A stretch of DNA of 64,000 bases from positions 35,278,001 to 35,342,000 of the forward strand of contig OZ360241.1 in NCBI GenBank assembly GCA_977017645.1. The letters run 5' to 3'. The position numbers and the translations under genes are program-made. The notes beneath the pieces are model-generated. The model searched no databases and had not been told where the DNA came from. It was given only the letters and a program-made list of their open reading frames with translations. This DNA comes from Torpedo marmorata. Taxonomy: Eukaryota. This document shows, piece by piece, positions 1 to 13,649 of this stretch. Position 1 is the stretch's first letter; each line of letters begins with the position of its first letter.

Positions 1-620
1 TGCCGCGCGAGCGCCTGAGTCTCCCCAGCACGCTCGTGCACAGCGCGAGACGCGGCGGCGTCATCACGCCGCACGTGCCGCTGTCCCAATGTGGTCTGTT
101 TGAAGAAGGTGGTCAGGGCGCGGGGAGGTGAAAGCGAGTGGTTGGCTCCTTCCGACGCCGATCCCGTCCCATCTGCCGACCTCCCCATGGAACTGGCGCA
201 GCAAGCGGCCGCAGTCAGCGAGTGAGGCTGAGGAGAAGCTGCGGGCAAGACTTGGAGCCAAGAGCCGCCAGAAAGGTGGAGTATGTCCTGCTCTCCAAGT
301 CAGTCCCCATCGTGTGAGGACGGCGCCACAGAGAGGTGGACGTGCCTCGGTCCGTGCGCCGAACCGGTGCTCATGGCGAGGTGTGAATGGTGTTTGGGGG
401 GACCTGGCCCGCCTGCAGCTCCAGACTCGGCGCTGTCGTTGCGTGGCTGTCACTTGTGGAGGGTGCCGTGCCACACTTCTCCCCCACCTAGCCACCCACC
501 CACCGACAGACAGGTGCCGCGCCCCCGCCCGCCTGTCCCCGCCGCGCTGCTGACCGCTACCCTTCTCCCCAGTCCGGCACAGGCCACCCTTCTCATCGCT
601 TCTAAAACTCAATCTAACCT
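1..620 (+). promoter_or_regulatory. CpG island; probable promoter and non-coding first exon of the ADAMTS gene
   Basis: GC- and CpG-rich block that drops abruptly to AT-rich sequence after ~650. Contains CACGTG (~71) and CCAAT (~86). Lies upstream of the first coding exon. The exon 1 donor could not be fixed. Confidence 0.65.
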
Positions 621-2383
621 ACTCAGCCCCTGCGAGAAAAAGACCCCCCCCTCCCCCAATTCAAAGAAAACAACTAAATTCACATTTTGTTTTAAATTCT
701 GCAAATGGGTTCAGGCAACCGGCAAGCACTTAAAGTGGCCGAAAGCCAAGTAGTCTGGGTCAAGTTTAACCTGTGCCAAACATTTCATACTCCTGTCTGG
801 GAATAGGTCGACGAATATATTTTATATTCTGAATGTGAAACCGCGACCGAAATGTTACTAAAGAGCTAATAATTCGTTTTTTTTTCCTATTAATGATGTT
901 GTTCTAGATCTAGTCTGTAATGACTGCTACAGGAACGAAAAACAGAATGAATTAACAATTGTTAATTTAAAGTTCAATCTCTATTTTGATGTGAATTATT
1001 TAAATGTATTTGTGCATAAATAGCATTTCAGAGATTTCATTTTTCTGTATTAACGTTTACACATGTATACATAAAGGTCGAATAAAGATTAAAATACATT
1101 TTAGACAGGTTTCACAGATAAAATGGAAGATGCCTATTAGCAAGGGGTGTTACATGATTTGTGCAGAACAAATTATTATATTTGAAAAATCACTGCACAT
1201 CTCCATAAAAATACTGAAAAAATTGCTCAATTTCCATTTCATTCTCTAGGAGGCCTCTTGGAACTTGCCTTTTCAGACAAATTATTTCTCCATCTGCTCC
1301 CCATTACCTTCAGATACAGCTGGCTGACGGCCACCAGCTGGGACTTAACACAGTTTTGTCTGTAAATGTGTTGTTCCAAGTTATTTACCATTATGATAAT
1401 TATCTTCAGTTTTTTCAGTGTCTGCTTTTTTGGATCTTGAAACATGATTTCTAAATCTAATTCAGGAATGCACTTGACTAGTTAGTAACGTTATTATTAT
1501 TATTTTATGTAGATAAGTTTCATGTGCAACGATAAATTCACCTTTAACTGCCTGTAACAGTTACCAGCTTTTTTTTGAAAGGAGATATCCGGGAGGGAGT
1601 GGGGGGGGGGGGTGGTTCTGTTCTTCTGACCTTGTGGCAAAATGCTTATAACAAAAGGTTATTCAAGGTGTCGATCTTCAAATGTAGCCAAGACTGAGTA
1701 CTCCACAGTACAGTATATTCCATGATTCTGACTGGAAAGGGCATTCAATTAGTTTCAGCCAAAATCACTGAAAGCAATTTCCTTTTAACTTCATAATTTG
1801 AATCTGAGATTAATTCTTATTTAACAGCAGCTCCTATTTTAAAATTGTCATTATTTAAGTGTGTTTAGATTATTATATATGGCACATTGAAACAATTCAT
1901 AGCTTAATTCAGGAATATTGATTTCTGTGTGCCAGGTTTCATGGATGGAAAAGTTATTTTAGGTTTGCACAAAAATCTTCATCTATTTTCCCTATCTCCT
2001 GTAAATGTTGGATAATTAACTCCCCAGATGTTATTAAATTTAACTAAAAATATCTGCCCTTAATTTGTCAATTTTATAAAAAAAAATGCAAGTATAATGG
2101 CATGCAGTTTTGGAAAAAAACTATAGAGTCCTCTTCGTTTCTGTTTGGTGGTGTTCTGGGACTTCCTACTCTGTCAGAAATGAACTAATGAACATGAGCA
2201 AAAATTGGGAGGCAAAGCTTTTGCGTCTAACGTGACCAAGAATAATAAACCAAAACACTCTGTAAAATGTAGCCAGGTCAAAAATATTTCACTTTGATTA
2301 GAACCATAGTTAATGTGTTCAAGGAAATAGATTTTAAAGAGCCAGTGTTGCAAAATAACATTAATAAGCGTTTTTTTTTTGAG

Positions 2384-3274
2384 GGCAGGAATATAAGTAT
2401 GGCCCATTGAGTCGGTTCTGCCATTCAATAAGATCATGGCTGATTTGGCTGTGGACTTGGCTTCTCTTGCCTGCCTTTTCCCCATAAGCTTCAATTTCCT
2501 AACTATGCAAACATCTGTGTCTTAAATATATTTAATGAGGTAGCCTTTGTTAATTTTTTGGGCAGAGAATTCCACAGATTCACTCTTCTATGGGAGAACC
2601 AGTTCCTCTTCATCGGTCTTAAATCTACTCCTATATATCTTGAGGCTATTTCCCCTAGTTCTAATCTCTCATCTGTCATCCCTCGTCCTTCTAAACTCCT
2701 GCGAGTATATCAAGTGCTCCTTGTATGTTAACCATCTCATCCCTCGGACTATTCTCAAACCTCCTCTGAACCCTCCAATGCAAGTGCATCCTTCCTTGGA
2801 TATGGGGCTCAAAACTGCTCACAATACTCCAAATGTGGTCTGACGAACATCTTGTAAAGTCTCAGTATTACCTCTGCTTTTCAATGCTAGTCCTTGTGAA
2901 ATGAATGCTAACATTGCATTTGCCTACTCTATTACCAACTCAACCTGCAAGTTAACCTTTTGGGAATATTGCACTAGGACTCCCAAGTTGCTTTGGACCT
3001 CTGCTTTCTTAATGCTCTCCCCATTTAGAAAATAGTCTGTGCTTTTATTCCTTCTACTGAAGTGCATGACCATATACTTCCTTGTGCTGTATTCCATCTG
3101 CCACTTCTTTGCCCAATCTCTCAACTTGTCCAAGTCCATCTGCAGACTTCCTGCTTCCTCATCACTCCCCGCCCCTCCACCTCTCCTTGTATCATCTGCA
3201 AACTTGGCCACAAAGCCATCAATTCCGTCATCTAAATCATTTACGTAAAACATGAAAAGTAGTGGACCAAACAC
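2384..3274 (-). mobile_element. CR1-clade (HER1-like) LINE, 3' fragment
   Basis: ORF 2924..3274 reads GPLLFMFYVNDLDDGIDGFVAKFADDT (RT domains 4-5); CR1-type 3' end near 2384. Confidence 0.85.
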
Positions 3275-3649
3275 CTACCAATGTGGAGACCAGAGCCTTA
3301 CGCAGTACTCCAGGAGTAGCCTCAGCAGTACCTTTGACAGTGCAGCAAAACCTCCTTCCTTTTCATTTGGTGACCTTTGCACTTGCATCAGAGTGAAAAA
3401 GAAAGTAATAGTGACTGTTAGGGTTGTATCAGGTATTGCCATGTGGAAACACTTTGCCACCACTTCAGAAAGTAGGTCTTGAGCTCCATATTACTGGTTA
3501 AATTGTGACTTGCTTAGTGAAGTTTTTTTCCACTTAGTGAAAAAAAAACTGCAGGCTATCAACCGATGTTGTTGTGCAAGGTAATCTCTTCCCTCCTATT
3601 TAAAATAAAATAAAATTCAAGTTTCTGACATGTTCGTTTACAGAACATA

Positions 3650-4157
3650 GAATATTATACAAAGTTTTGGTTCCCTTATTTATAAAAGGAGATACTAGTA
3701 TTGGAGACAGTCCAAAAGAGATTCACCTGGCAAATTCATGGGATGAGAGTGTTCTGTTATGAGCTGCACAAGAAATTGGATTCATTTTATTTTGAGTTCA
3801 GCAGAATAAACGGTAATCTTACTGAAACTTGTAAAATTCGAGGGGGCATGACACAGTAGACTGAGATGTTTCCATCAGTAGAAGAATCTTGAATGAATGG
3901 ACATATTTAAAACATAAAGACAAAGTACTTTAGAACTCGGCTGTTTAGGAGCTTCTCGCAGAGCATGGTGAATCTTTGGAATTTTCTGTCCTGGAAGGTT
4001 GTGGAGGCTAGATTACTGGAAGTACATTTTATATTAAAAAAAAAGTTAGACAAATTGTTGATACAGAGGAGGTTATGAGGCCTGGGTAAATCAGCTGTGA
4101 TCCTACTGAAGGCTTGAGAGGCCTTGCAGCTTATTCATATTCCTATTTTCTTGTGTT
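3650..4157 (+). mobile_element. Decayed CR1 LINE 3' fragment
   Basis: Similar to the C-terminal CR1 ORF2 region seen at 28665..29261, followed by a CR1-type tail. Confidence 0.65.
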
Positions 4158-4479
4158 GCTTGCATGAGTCATGATGCTGCCTGACCTGTTGAGTTCCTCC
4201 AGCATTTTTTGTGTTGCCCCATGTCAGAGGTGATTTTTGCCCTCAAACAGCCTCTCTCAATCTACTTCCTCCAGTGGGCTCTGGTGGCCTATTCCAAATT
4301 GTACTTGAGAAGGAGATGGTGAGACCTCTTGAAATATGATAAAACTTTTTCTTGCTGCAGCTGAACATGTACTTTGTAAAAATAAAACCTGACAAGAACA
4401 ATGGAAAAACAACTACATAATACTTAATTAAATGAAAACAACAATAAATACACAAAAATAGATAATAAATATTCACAGT

Positions 4480-5345
4480 TATCCTAGTTCAAAAAAAGTG
4501 ACCTGGCAATGGTGCACCAGTCCTATTTTGGTCTTGGAGGAGTCCATGGTTGGTGCAACAAGGGGAGGCTCAAGAGCCTGATAGCTGTTGGAAGGAAACT
4601 GTTCTTGAACCTTGAGGTGCTGACTTTCAGACTTCTGTATCTTCTGCAGTAAGAAGTTGTTGTGTTCAGGGTGATGGGGTGTCCTTTTGTGATGCTTGAG
4701 GTAGATCCTCACATAGATGCATTCAATGGATGGGAGGCTTTGGTGCCTATGATGGACCTGCATATGTTTGTTACCTTTTGGAGCATTTTGCGTTCCTGGG
4801 CAAACAAATTGCCAAACCAGGCTGTGATGCAGCCTATTAGTTTACTTTCTGCTGTGCACCTGTAGGTTTGATGGACTATTTAACAACATGCCAAAACTCC
4901 TCAGAGAAAGTTGAGGTGTTGGTGTGCCTTCTTCGTGGTAGCTTCAATGTGCTTACTCAGGAGAGGCCTTCTGAAATATGGATTCCAGGAACTTGAAGAT
5001 TCCAACCCACTACCCCTCTGTGTCATCAATGCAAGCAGGTGAACAGTCCCTTGGCCTCTCCTTCCTAAAATTAACAATAAGGTCCTTGGTCTTGGTGACA
5101 TTGAGAGTAAGATTGTTCTTACACCACCCAACCAGATTCCAGATCTCCAGTAATTCAGCCAACAATTATGGTGTCTTCAGCAAATTTGTTGATCAAGTTG
5201 GAACCAAACTTGACAATGCAGTCAGAGTAGAGTAGGGGACTTAGCACGCAGTTTGGAGGAGGTGATGTTGCTGATTTTCACTGATTGAGGTTTGCCAATG
5301 AGGCAGTCAAGGATCCAGTTGCAAAGGGACCAACAGAGTCCCAGA
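4480..5345 (-). mobile_element. Decayed Rex/Babar-type LINE 3' fragment
   Basis: Minus-strand peptides such as KKAHQHLNFL and PHHPEH match the Rex-type C-terminus seen at 10864-11270. Confidence 0.6.
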
Positions 5346-5779
5346 TCCTTCACTTTGATCATGAGTTTTGTTCATGACCAAAATAGAATGTAAAACATAG
5401 ATCAGAACAGTCCAGTAGAGAAATAGGCCCTTTGGCCTATGATGTCTGTGCTGACTATGATGCCAAATTAAACTAATCCCATCAGCCTGCACAGGATCCA
5501 GGTCTTTCCTGCTGCAGACTAAGGAAAAGGGATGTATTTCTATGTGGAGATTTTCCCATGCACATGATCTTTCCTGGTAGATATTGCGAGTTTCCAAGAC
5601 GCTGTTGGGGAAGCATAGTGCTGTGTATTGAATTGATACCAGTGCTCGGGATTTCAAGTTTTTCAAATTTTAAGTTTAGTTGTCACAAAATACTTAGTAA
5701 GGTGATAAGGGTTCTTCTGCGAGGTTATTGTAAGGAACACATTTACGGAGTATAGGATTGCAATGAAAAGATCAATTCT

Positions 5780-6145
5780 CACCAAGCAAGGGTAACATGA
5801 CAACACTATTATGGTGTTTATTCAGGAGCCTACTGGCTGCGGGGAAGAAACTGTATTTAAGCCTCTTGGTGTGTGCTTTCATGCTCTCATAAGCCTGCTC
5901 CCTGTTGGGAGGACGGAGAAGTGAGTATTTTTGGAGTGCGATTGAGTCCTTCAGTATTTTGTCTGCCTTTCCTCGGCAGGAGGAGATGTAGATAAAGACC
6001 ATGGAGAAGAGGAGTTCCGATATCACACTGTAATGCATCTAGCAAGTATGCTTTTGATGATGCACCAGTGAAGTTGTTGAGGGGCAAGGAGGACATGTTG
6101 AACTTCATTTGTCTTCTAAGAAAGTAGAGGCATAGGATGGGAGTC
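5780..6145 (-). mobile_element. Decayed Rex/Babar-type LINE 3' fragment
   Basis: Minus-strand peptides KADKILKD...SFFPAASRLLN and CLYFLRR are typical of the same family. Confidence 0.55.
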
Positions 6146-8015
6146 ATCTAAGATCACTGCTTTGTCCTGGATGCAATCCAAATCCAACTTTGAGTCTGTT
6201 GGAACTGCACACATTCAGGCAGGAGGGAAGTATTCCATCACGTTGTTGATGCTTTGTGGGTGGTGGAAAGGTTCTGAGGTATCAGGAATTGAGTCACTTG
6301 GCTCCAAATGGCCAGCATTTGACTTGCTCTTGCAGTCATGGTGTACATGCGGTGGTCTAGTTGAGGTTCTGGTTAGTGGTGGCAACTGAAGGTATTGATA
6401 CTGGGGGCTATGTCAAGAATTAGAGATTAAACTTGGTCTTGTTTGAGATTTATCAGTTCATGCCAGAATATGTTTCAGCTCTTGTTTTGTTCTTCTTATT
6501 GATAGCATTTTAGATATTATGGAAATGTAATGGATTTCGGGTTATGCAGGAAAATGAGGCTGAGAAACAGATTAGCCATAATTTTACTGAATGGTGACAT
6601 TAGCATGAGAAGCCAACTGTCTACTCCTGTTCTTCTGTTCTTGAGGAATTGCAAAAGAATTTAAACATTGAACATCTTCACTTCTGACTTTGTATTGGAG
6701 GCAAGTGCTGAAACTACTGAAGATGGTTAGGTCTAGGAGAGTGTCTTGAGGAACTCCTGTCGAAATGGGCTGGGATAATTGATGACCTTGTAGTGAGGTA
6801 TGGTGCTTGCTGGTAGAGTGTATATGCTCTTGATACCCATTGTTGTACCAGCCATGTAGTTCAAGCATAACCCAAATCATTGCTGAGTAGATGATCATTA
6901 AGTTTTGCCCTGTTGCTAATATCTTTGAACATTTTGAGAGCAGACTAGATACTGATTGGCCAAATTGCATTTCTTCTGCTTTTGTGAATGTATGCGGGAG
7001 CATTTCCACATTGTCAAGGGAATGCCAGTGTGGTAGCTGTATTGGAATAGCTTGGTTCATGACACAGCTAGCTTTGGAGCACATCTTCAGTTCTTGCCTC
7101 TTTTCAGCCCCATTTAATAATCATAACTGAAGTTTTGTAATTGGTTGTGTAATAGAAAGATTAGATCTATTTATTTTCTTGTGTATTGTGATTTTTTAAA
7201 AATTTGAATGTGTGCGTGTTGTCTCGAAAATGCATCCCATTTGAAGTAGTAATACTAATAAGTGGTTGAAAAGGAACATGGATGCAGAAAACTGTGTGAG
7301 TACACATCTTTATAGTTAATTACTACATTTCTCCAGGTCAATTGGAAAATTACCATATATTAATCTTGGAGTTTATCCTCATTAGTCTCCATGCAAGTTG
7401 TGACCTGCAAAAAGCTACCGGGTACTTCCCAGGCGAAGTGGAGATTCTGGATGAAAATGGAAACAACAAGGGACACTTGACAGCTGTAGCAGGGCCTAAA
7501 TGCCATAACCTGCTACAAAACCAAATCCGGTGAAGTAGCACACAGCAAAGATTCGCTTCCAGAGGAACTCAATGCCTTCTACCCCTGATTTGATGACAGT
7601 AACAGCGAAGAACCACACTTCCACACCCCCCACATCCCTGGATGATCCCATCTTGTCCATATCTGAGGATGACGTGAGTATTGCTTCAGGAGAGTGAATC
7701 CGAGGAAAGCATCCGGCCCGGACAGAGTACCTGGCCGAGTATTAAAAATCTGTGCTGACCAACTTACCAATGTATTCACGGATATCTTCAATATCACACT
7801 CCAGCAGGGCATGGTACCCACCTGTTTCAAACAGGCGTTAATCATACCGGTGCCCAAGAAGAGTGTAGTAACCTGCCTTAACGACTATCGACCAGTAGCA
7901 CTTACATCAACAGTGATGAAATGTTTTGAAAGGCTGGTGTTGAAGCATATCAGCTCCTGTCTGAGCGGCAACATGGATACGTTCCAGTTCGCCTATCGTA
8001 GCAACAGGCCTACGG

Positions 8016-9660
8016 TGGAAAAATATGGGATGGAACAGATATTTGTAAAATGGATTAAAGCTTTGTACAATGAGCCTAGGGCCAGAGTGGTAACAAATGG
8101 ACAGGTATCTGCACCATTCCCATTAAGGTCGAGTAGACAGGGATGTCCATTATCACCAGCTTTATTCATTTTAGCAATAGAACCACTTGCAGAATTGGTA
8201 CGGTCAGATCCAGAGATTAAAGGATTTAAAGTCAATCGAGAAGAATATAAAATTAATTTATTTGCTGATGTTTTAATTTATTTGACAGAACCAATAAGTT
8301 CATTACGTAAATTATATTTAAGACTTGAAGAATACGTGAACGTATCGGGTTATAAAATAAACTGGGATAAGAGTGAAATTATGCCTCTTACTACAGGAGA
8401 CTATACTCAGTGTCAAAGAGAAACTCAACTTAAATGGGCAACGAATGGTATAAAGTACTTAGGTATACGAGTAGATAATGATTTAAAAAATTTATACAAA
8501 TTAAATTATTTACCTTTATTGAAGAAAATTGGAGAAGATCTAAGTAAATGGATGACACTACCAATAACTTTGCTGGGTAGAGTTAATTGTGTTAAAATGA
8601 ATATATTTCCCAGAGTACAATATTTGTTTCAAACACTACCGATATTAATACCACAAAAGTATTTTCAAGAATTAAATAAATTTATAAGGAAATTTCTTTG
8701 GAATGTCGAGGGTTTCTTTAGAAAAATTAACATGGAAATATGAGTTGGGAGGTCTACAACTTCCAAATTTCAAGAATTATTATAAAGCAGCACAAATAAG
8801 ATTTATACCATCTTTTTTTGAAGAAGGAGAGAAGTCGGCATGGATTAAAATATAATTAGATAAGATAGGAGAAAAAATACCAGAAGATTTTATATATAAA
8901 TGGGAATCTAAATTAATAATGGGTGATAGAGAAACCCCTCTGTTGAAACATTTGATTAACATGTGGGAAAAAAATAAACATTGATGATGAAATGAGGGGA
9001 TCTCTGTTATCCAGAATGTCCTTAATTCAAAATTGAATCATTCCTTTTACAATGGATAATCAACTTTTAAATATATGGCGACTCCGGAAAGCACGGGCCA
9101 CCCAAGGGAAGGTGGCCCGCGAAGGTGCGGGCTCACTTCCTGGACTCCACTCAGTGCTCAAAATGGCTGCACCAAAATGTCACCTTCGCGTATAAGACCC
9201 GGGGTGGTTTTTGAGGCTATTTTTTGGGGAAAAAGGGGGGTCTTATATGCCATCAAATACAGTACTTACAATTTAAGAAATAAATATGATGTATTTTTGA
9301 AAATTTGGTGCCCATATTTACAAATTGTAGGAATAAATTTATAGTCTTTTCTTTTCCCATACCAAGTGCCTCTTTAATTTCCCCCTGAGAATATGAGGGA
9401 AAAAGAAGTAATTAATTAAAACCGTGATGTAGGTGTCGTTTTTTTTTTACCATCCAGGTCACTTTATCTTTCTTTATACTTTTATTTCTTTTCCTTTCTT
9501 TTCTGGGGTTTTGGTTTGGGGGGAGGGGGGGAAGGAGGGTTGGGATTTACCTATCGTGTATAAGCAATGTAATAATAATGAATTGACATCTTGTTATGTA
9601 TTATACAATTATGCATGTATGGATAAAAAAATTTAAATAAAATATTCCAAAAAAAAAAAG
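8016..9660 (+). mobile_element. L1/Tx1-clade LINE, 5'-truncated, inserted in the Rex element
   Basis: [20 protein letters not shown] and [14 protein letters not shown] motifs; AATAAA plus poly(A); TSD CAGG(C/T)CTACGG at 8005-8015 and 9661-9671. Confidence 0.9.
9078..9261. mobile_element. Right half of a Tc2-type MITE inside the L1
   Basis: Ends GGGTCTTATATGCCATCAAATACAG followed by TA, matching the TIR of the 16902-17662 MITE. The left half and ~0.7 kb of L1 ORF2 are missing. Confidence 0.75.
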
Positions 9661-10141
9661 CAGGTCTACGGCAGATGCCATCTCAGTGGCTCTACACAAA
9701 GCCCTGGAACACCTGGACAGTAAAGATGCATTCATCAGGATGCTCTTTATCGACTATAGTTCGGCATTTAATACCATCATTTCCTCAAAACTGATCAGCA
9801 AACTCCAAGACCTGGGACTCAACACCCCACTGTGTAATTGGATCATGGATTTCCTCACCTCCAGACCGCAATCAGTGAGGATTGGCAAGAACATCTCCTC
9901 TACAATCTCCATCAGCACCGGAGCACCACAGGGCTGCGTTCTTAGCCCCCTGCTCTACTCACTTTACACCTATGACTGTGGCTCGGTACGACAATAACAC
10001 CATCTACAAATTTGCTGACGATACCACGGTAGTGGGTTGTATAAAGAAAGGTGATGAGTCAGCATACAGGAGGGAGATTGAAAACTTGGCTGAATGGTGC
10101 ACCAACAACAACCTTGCACTTAATGTCACCAAAACTAAGGA

Positions 10142-10712
10142 TCTGTCCTGGAGCATCCATGTCGATGCAATCACGAAGGCTCTCCAACGGCTATACATTG
10201 TGAGGTGTTTGAGGAGATTCTGTACGTCACAGAAGACTCGTGAAAACTTCTACAGGTATACCGTGGAGAGCATCCAGGCTGGTTACAACACTGTCTGGTA
10301 TGGAGGTGCCAACGCTCAGGACAAGAAAAAACTCCAGAGGGTTGTTAACTCAGCCTGCGACATCACGGGCACCAGACTCCATTCCATCGAGGACACCTAC
10401 AAGAGGTGGTGTCTTAAGAAAGAAGCTTCTATCCTCAAGGACCCCCACCACCCAGGCCATGCCCTCTTCACTATGCTACCATCGGGGAAAAAGGTACAGG
10501 AGCCTAAAGACGAGCACTCAGTGGCACAAGGTCAGCTTCTTCCCCACTGCCATCAGATTCCTGAAAGATCAATGAACCAAAGACACTGCCTTACTTTGAC
10601 TTTTCGTGCACTGTTTTTATTTATTATTGTAAGGTAGTTTATATGAATGTTTGCACTGTGATGCTGCAAAAAAATGAATTTCGTGACTTGTTCATGACAA
10701 TAAATTCTCATT
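10142..10712 (+). mobile_element. Second Rex-type 3' fragment nested in the first Rex element
   Basis: Duplicates the C-terminal region and has its own tail AATAAATTCTCATTCTGATT; the host resumes at CTGATTGTTGACTTCAGG. Confidence 0.75.
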
Positions 10713-13649
10713 CTGATTGTTGACTTCAGGAAGGGAAAGCCAAAGCCAGAGGTATACATCCAGTGATCATTGGGGGATCAGAGGTGGACAGGGTGAGCAA
10801 ATATAAGTTCTTGAGGTCACTATCTCGGAGGATCTTTCCTGGACCCAACACACTAATGGCATCGTGAAGAAAGCCTGCCAGTGCCTCTACTTCCTCAGGA
10901 GTTTGCGGAGGTTTGGTATGACAACAGAAACCCTGGCAAATTTCTACAGATGTGTGGTGGAAAGTGTGCTAACTGGCTGCATCGTGATCTGGTATGGGGA
11001 CACCAAGACCCCTGAGTGTGAAGCCCTTCAAAAGGTAGTGGACGCAGCACAGGAAAAACCCTCCCCACTATCGAGAACATCTACAGGGAACGCTGCTGTC
11101 GGAGAGCAGCAGCAATCATCAAGGATCCATACCACCCAGCACACGCTCTGTTCTTGCTGCTGCCATCAGGAAAGAGGTATAGGTGCCACAAGACTTGCAC
11201 CACCAGGTTCAGGAACAGCTGCTACCCCTCTACCATCAGACTCAACAACAAACTCAATCGGATTCATTTAAGGACTCTTACTTGTGCACTTTATTGATTT
11301 TTTTTAATTCTCTCTGTATTGCAGTGTCATTTTGTTTACATTCATTATCTGTTTAAAGTTCTTTATTTGTTTACATGTATACGCTGTGTACAGTTTATTT
11401 TTACATTATTTTTCTGCCTCGCCTGAAGAAAAAGAATCTCAGGGTTGTATGTGATGTCATTATACTCTGACAATAAATCTGAAATTTGGACATGCATTCA
11501 TGAAAATTGATGCTATTTTGTCTTCATCCTGCTTAAATGAAGTCCCTACTATAAAAGGGCTGAGGGAAATTGTCACATTTACATTGATGGACTGATGCAC
11601 AGTTATTCACAGGTGCTCTTGTGAGATGGCAACACATCTGGATGTTAAGTTCTAATGTTATTTATATTGAGCAGATAGATATAACATCAATATAATTTTG
11701 AAACTTGCAACCTTAAAAGTCTCCGTATGAAAGCAGATGTAAATTTTGTGCTGTACTAACTAATATCTTGTTATCCATCATTGTTACCACTTCTGGACCA
11801 GTATTTTGTTACACCTTCCATTTGGTTCCAAAGTGAGTTCACAACAAATATTGAAAATCACTGTTTAACAGAATATAATACAGTATGCTATGTTTCTGCA
11901 CTCTTCAAATAAGAATGCACATCTTCATGCTGAACACATCAACAATACTGTTACCAAGAGCTATATAATTTCTGAAGGGAGTTAATATTATTCCACATGA
12001 CTATTTCTACATGTTAACTTTGAAGTAAAGGAAAAAGGAATAAAATGGGTTATTATTTGATCTTTAAGCATAAGAATTGGATTACATTGCAGTTTATTTT
12101 AGCAATATGGAATCGGAAAATAGACTTTAGCTGAAATAAAACGTAATGGTTATTTGCGTTATTTCATGCCATTCTGAAAACTTGATTGCACTAGTGTGAG
12201 CCATAGTTATACATCTGACGTAATTTCAGCATCAGATACATACCAGATAATATTACTCCACAAGTATCAAAGAATGTCAGATTGCATTGTCTCAGGAATG
12301 ATCATCATTGACATTCCCATGACAGTTATGTTTTTGTAACATTGAATTAGAACTGTACAGTTAAGTCCCATATATTCCTGACAATGAACATAAGTAAAAA
12401 TGTGCTATGCCTGTGTGTAATGCCATTTCAGTAGTGCCTGAGGACTTGAATGCTGCTGGTATTTGCAACAACAGGGCCATGACAGTTGGCGCACTGTGTA
12501 ATGGTCAAATGGTGTATCTGTAACGATACACCGTGTGGTTATCTTCTGCATTTTTTTTAAAATTCTGGTTTTAACTCAAAATACTGAATTCACATTATCT
12601 CATCCTATTTGTCCGAACTACGTTTCTACTGTGTTATTTATATTTAATTCAGAAGACTAATTTTACATTTATCAGTAGAAAACTACCACCAAATACTTGC
12701 CTCAGTTTTTCTCCAGCAGCAACCAATGCCCAAAGATACATATCACTAGACTGGCTTCTTGAATTAATTAATGAACAACTTTGCTCATATTTAATGCTTT
12801 AAAGTTGAAACCAATTGCTCATTTATCACATTTCCTTCAGTGATATATGCACTGCCAAGCTGTCAGTCTGACATCAAGTCCTGGAATGGCCACAGCTTCC
12901 TATTGCTCAATACTGAAGGCTGAAGCCATTGCCTTGACCCTTACTGAAATCTTTACGCCGCTCTAGTCATTCTTTCAGGTTGAATTTAAATCTTGCAATA
13001 AACCTGAGGAAATTTAGAACTGACATTCTCCCCATCATAAACATCAACCCAGGAACATGGCTTAGCTCCATCTCTTTGCTGAAAATTGTTTTTTGTTTGC
13101 TTTTGAGCATTCCAATACCTTAATGGTCATCCTTTCATTTTCCTGAGTAAACTGTCATATAATCTGTCAAAATTATTAATAAAGTCTGCAAACTTAAGTG
13201 GACACTGCAGAGGACATGATTTTTTGTTACCTTTTAAGGCTCCTGCTGAAACAAAGTTAAAGGCACATTTACACAAGAGGTCTGCATAGTGAACAAATGT
13301 GATCCATTAACATAAAACAGATGAGGAAAGTAAATCATGGGCAAGTGAGATTTTAGTTTTGGTAAATTATTTTCAGTTTATAACACAGAAGATAAAAGTG
13401 TTTAGAGAAATAGAGACCGTTATTCTTGATCAACCTTCAGCAGAAAATAGACACTGGAATTGCAGGCAGTGGATATTGTTTCCTGGACTTTCACAACTGC
13501 TGCCTCAGAACTCCAGAAACCCAGGTTTATTCATGACCTTAAACTAAACATAATCTGTTTGAGGAACTCAGCGATTCAAGTAGCATCAATGGGAGACAAA
13601 GATGTTATTTCAAGTTGGAGCCCTTTATTGAGACTGTTAAAAGTAGAAG

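Larger units (their letters stand above)
7427..11490 (+). mobile_element. Rex/Babar-type LINE, 5'-truncated, hosting nested insertions
   Basis: RT motifs [56 protein letters not shown] and KFADDT; ends AATAAATCTGAAAT at ~11490. Confidence 0.9.

Noticed and set aside
64-753. Three overlapping 141-182 aa ORFs
   Set aside because: By-product of the stop-poor GC-rich CpG island; no recognisable domain.
7694-8743. Novel functional reverse transcriptase or retron-like gene
   Set aside because: Explained by an L1 insertion with TSD into Rex; catalytic aspartates are missing.
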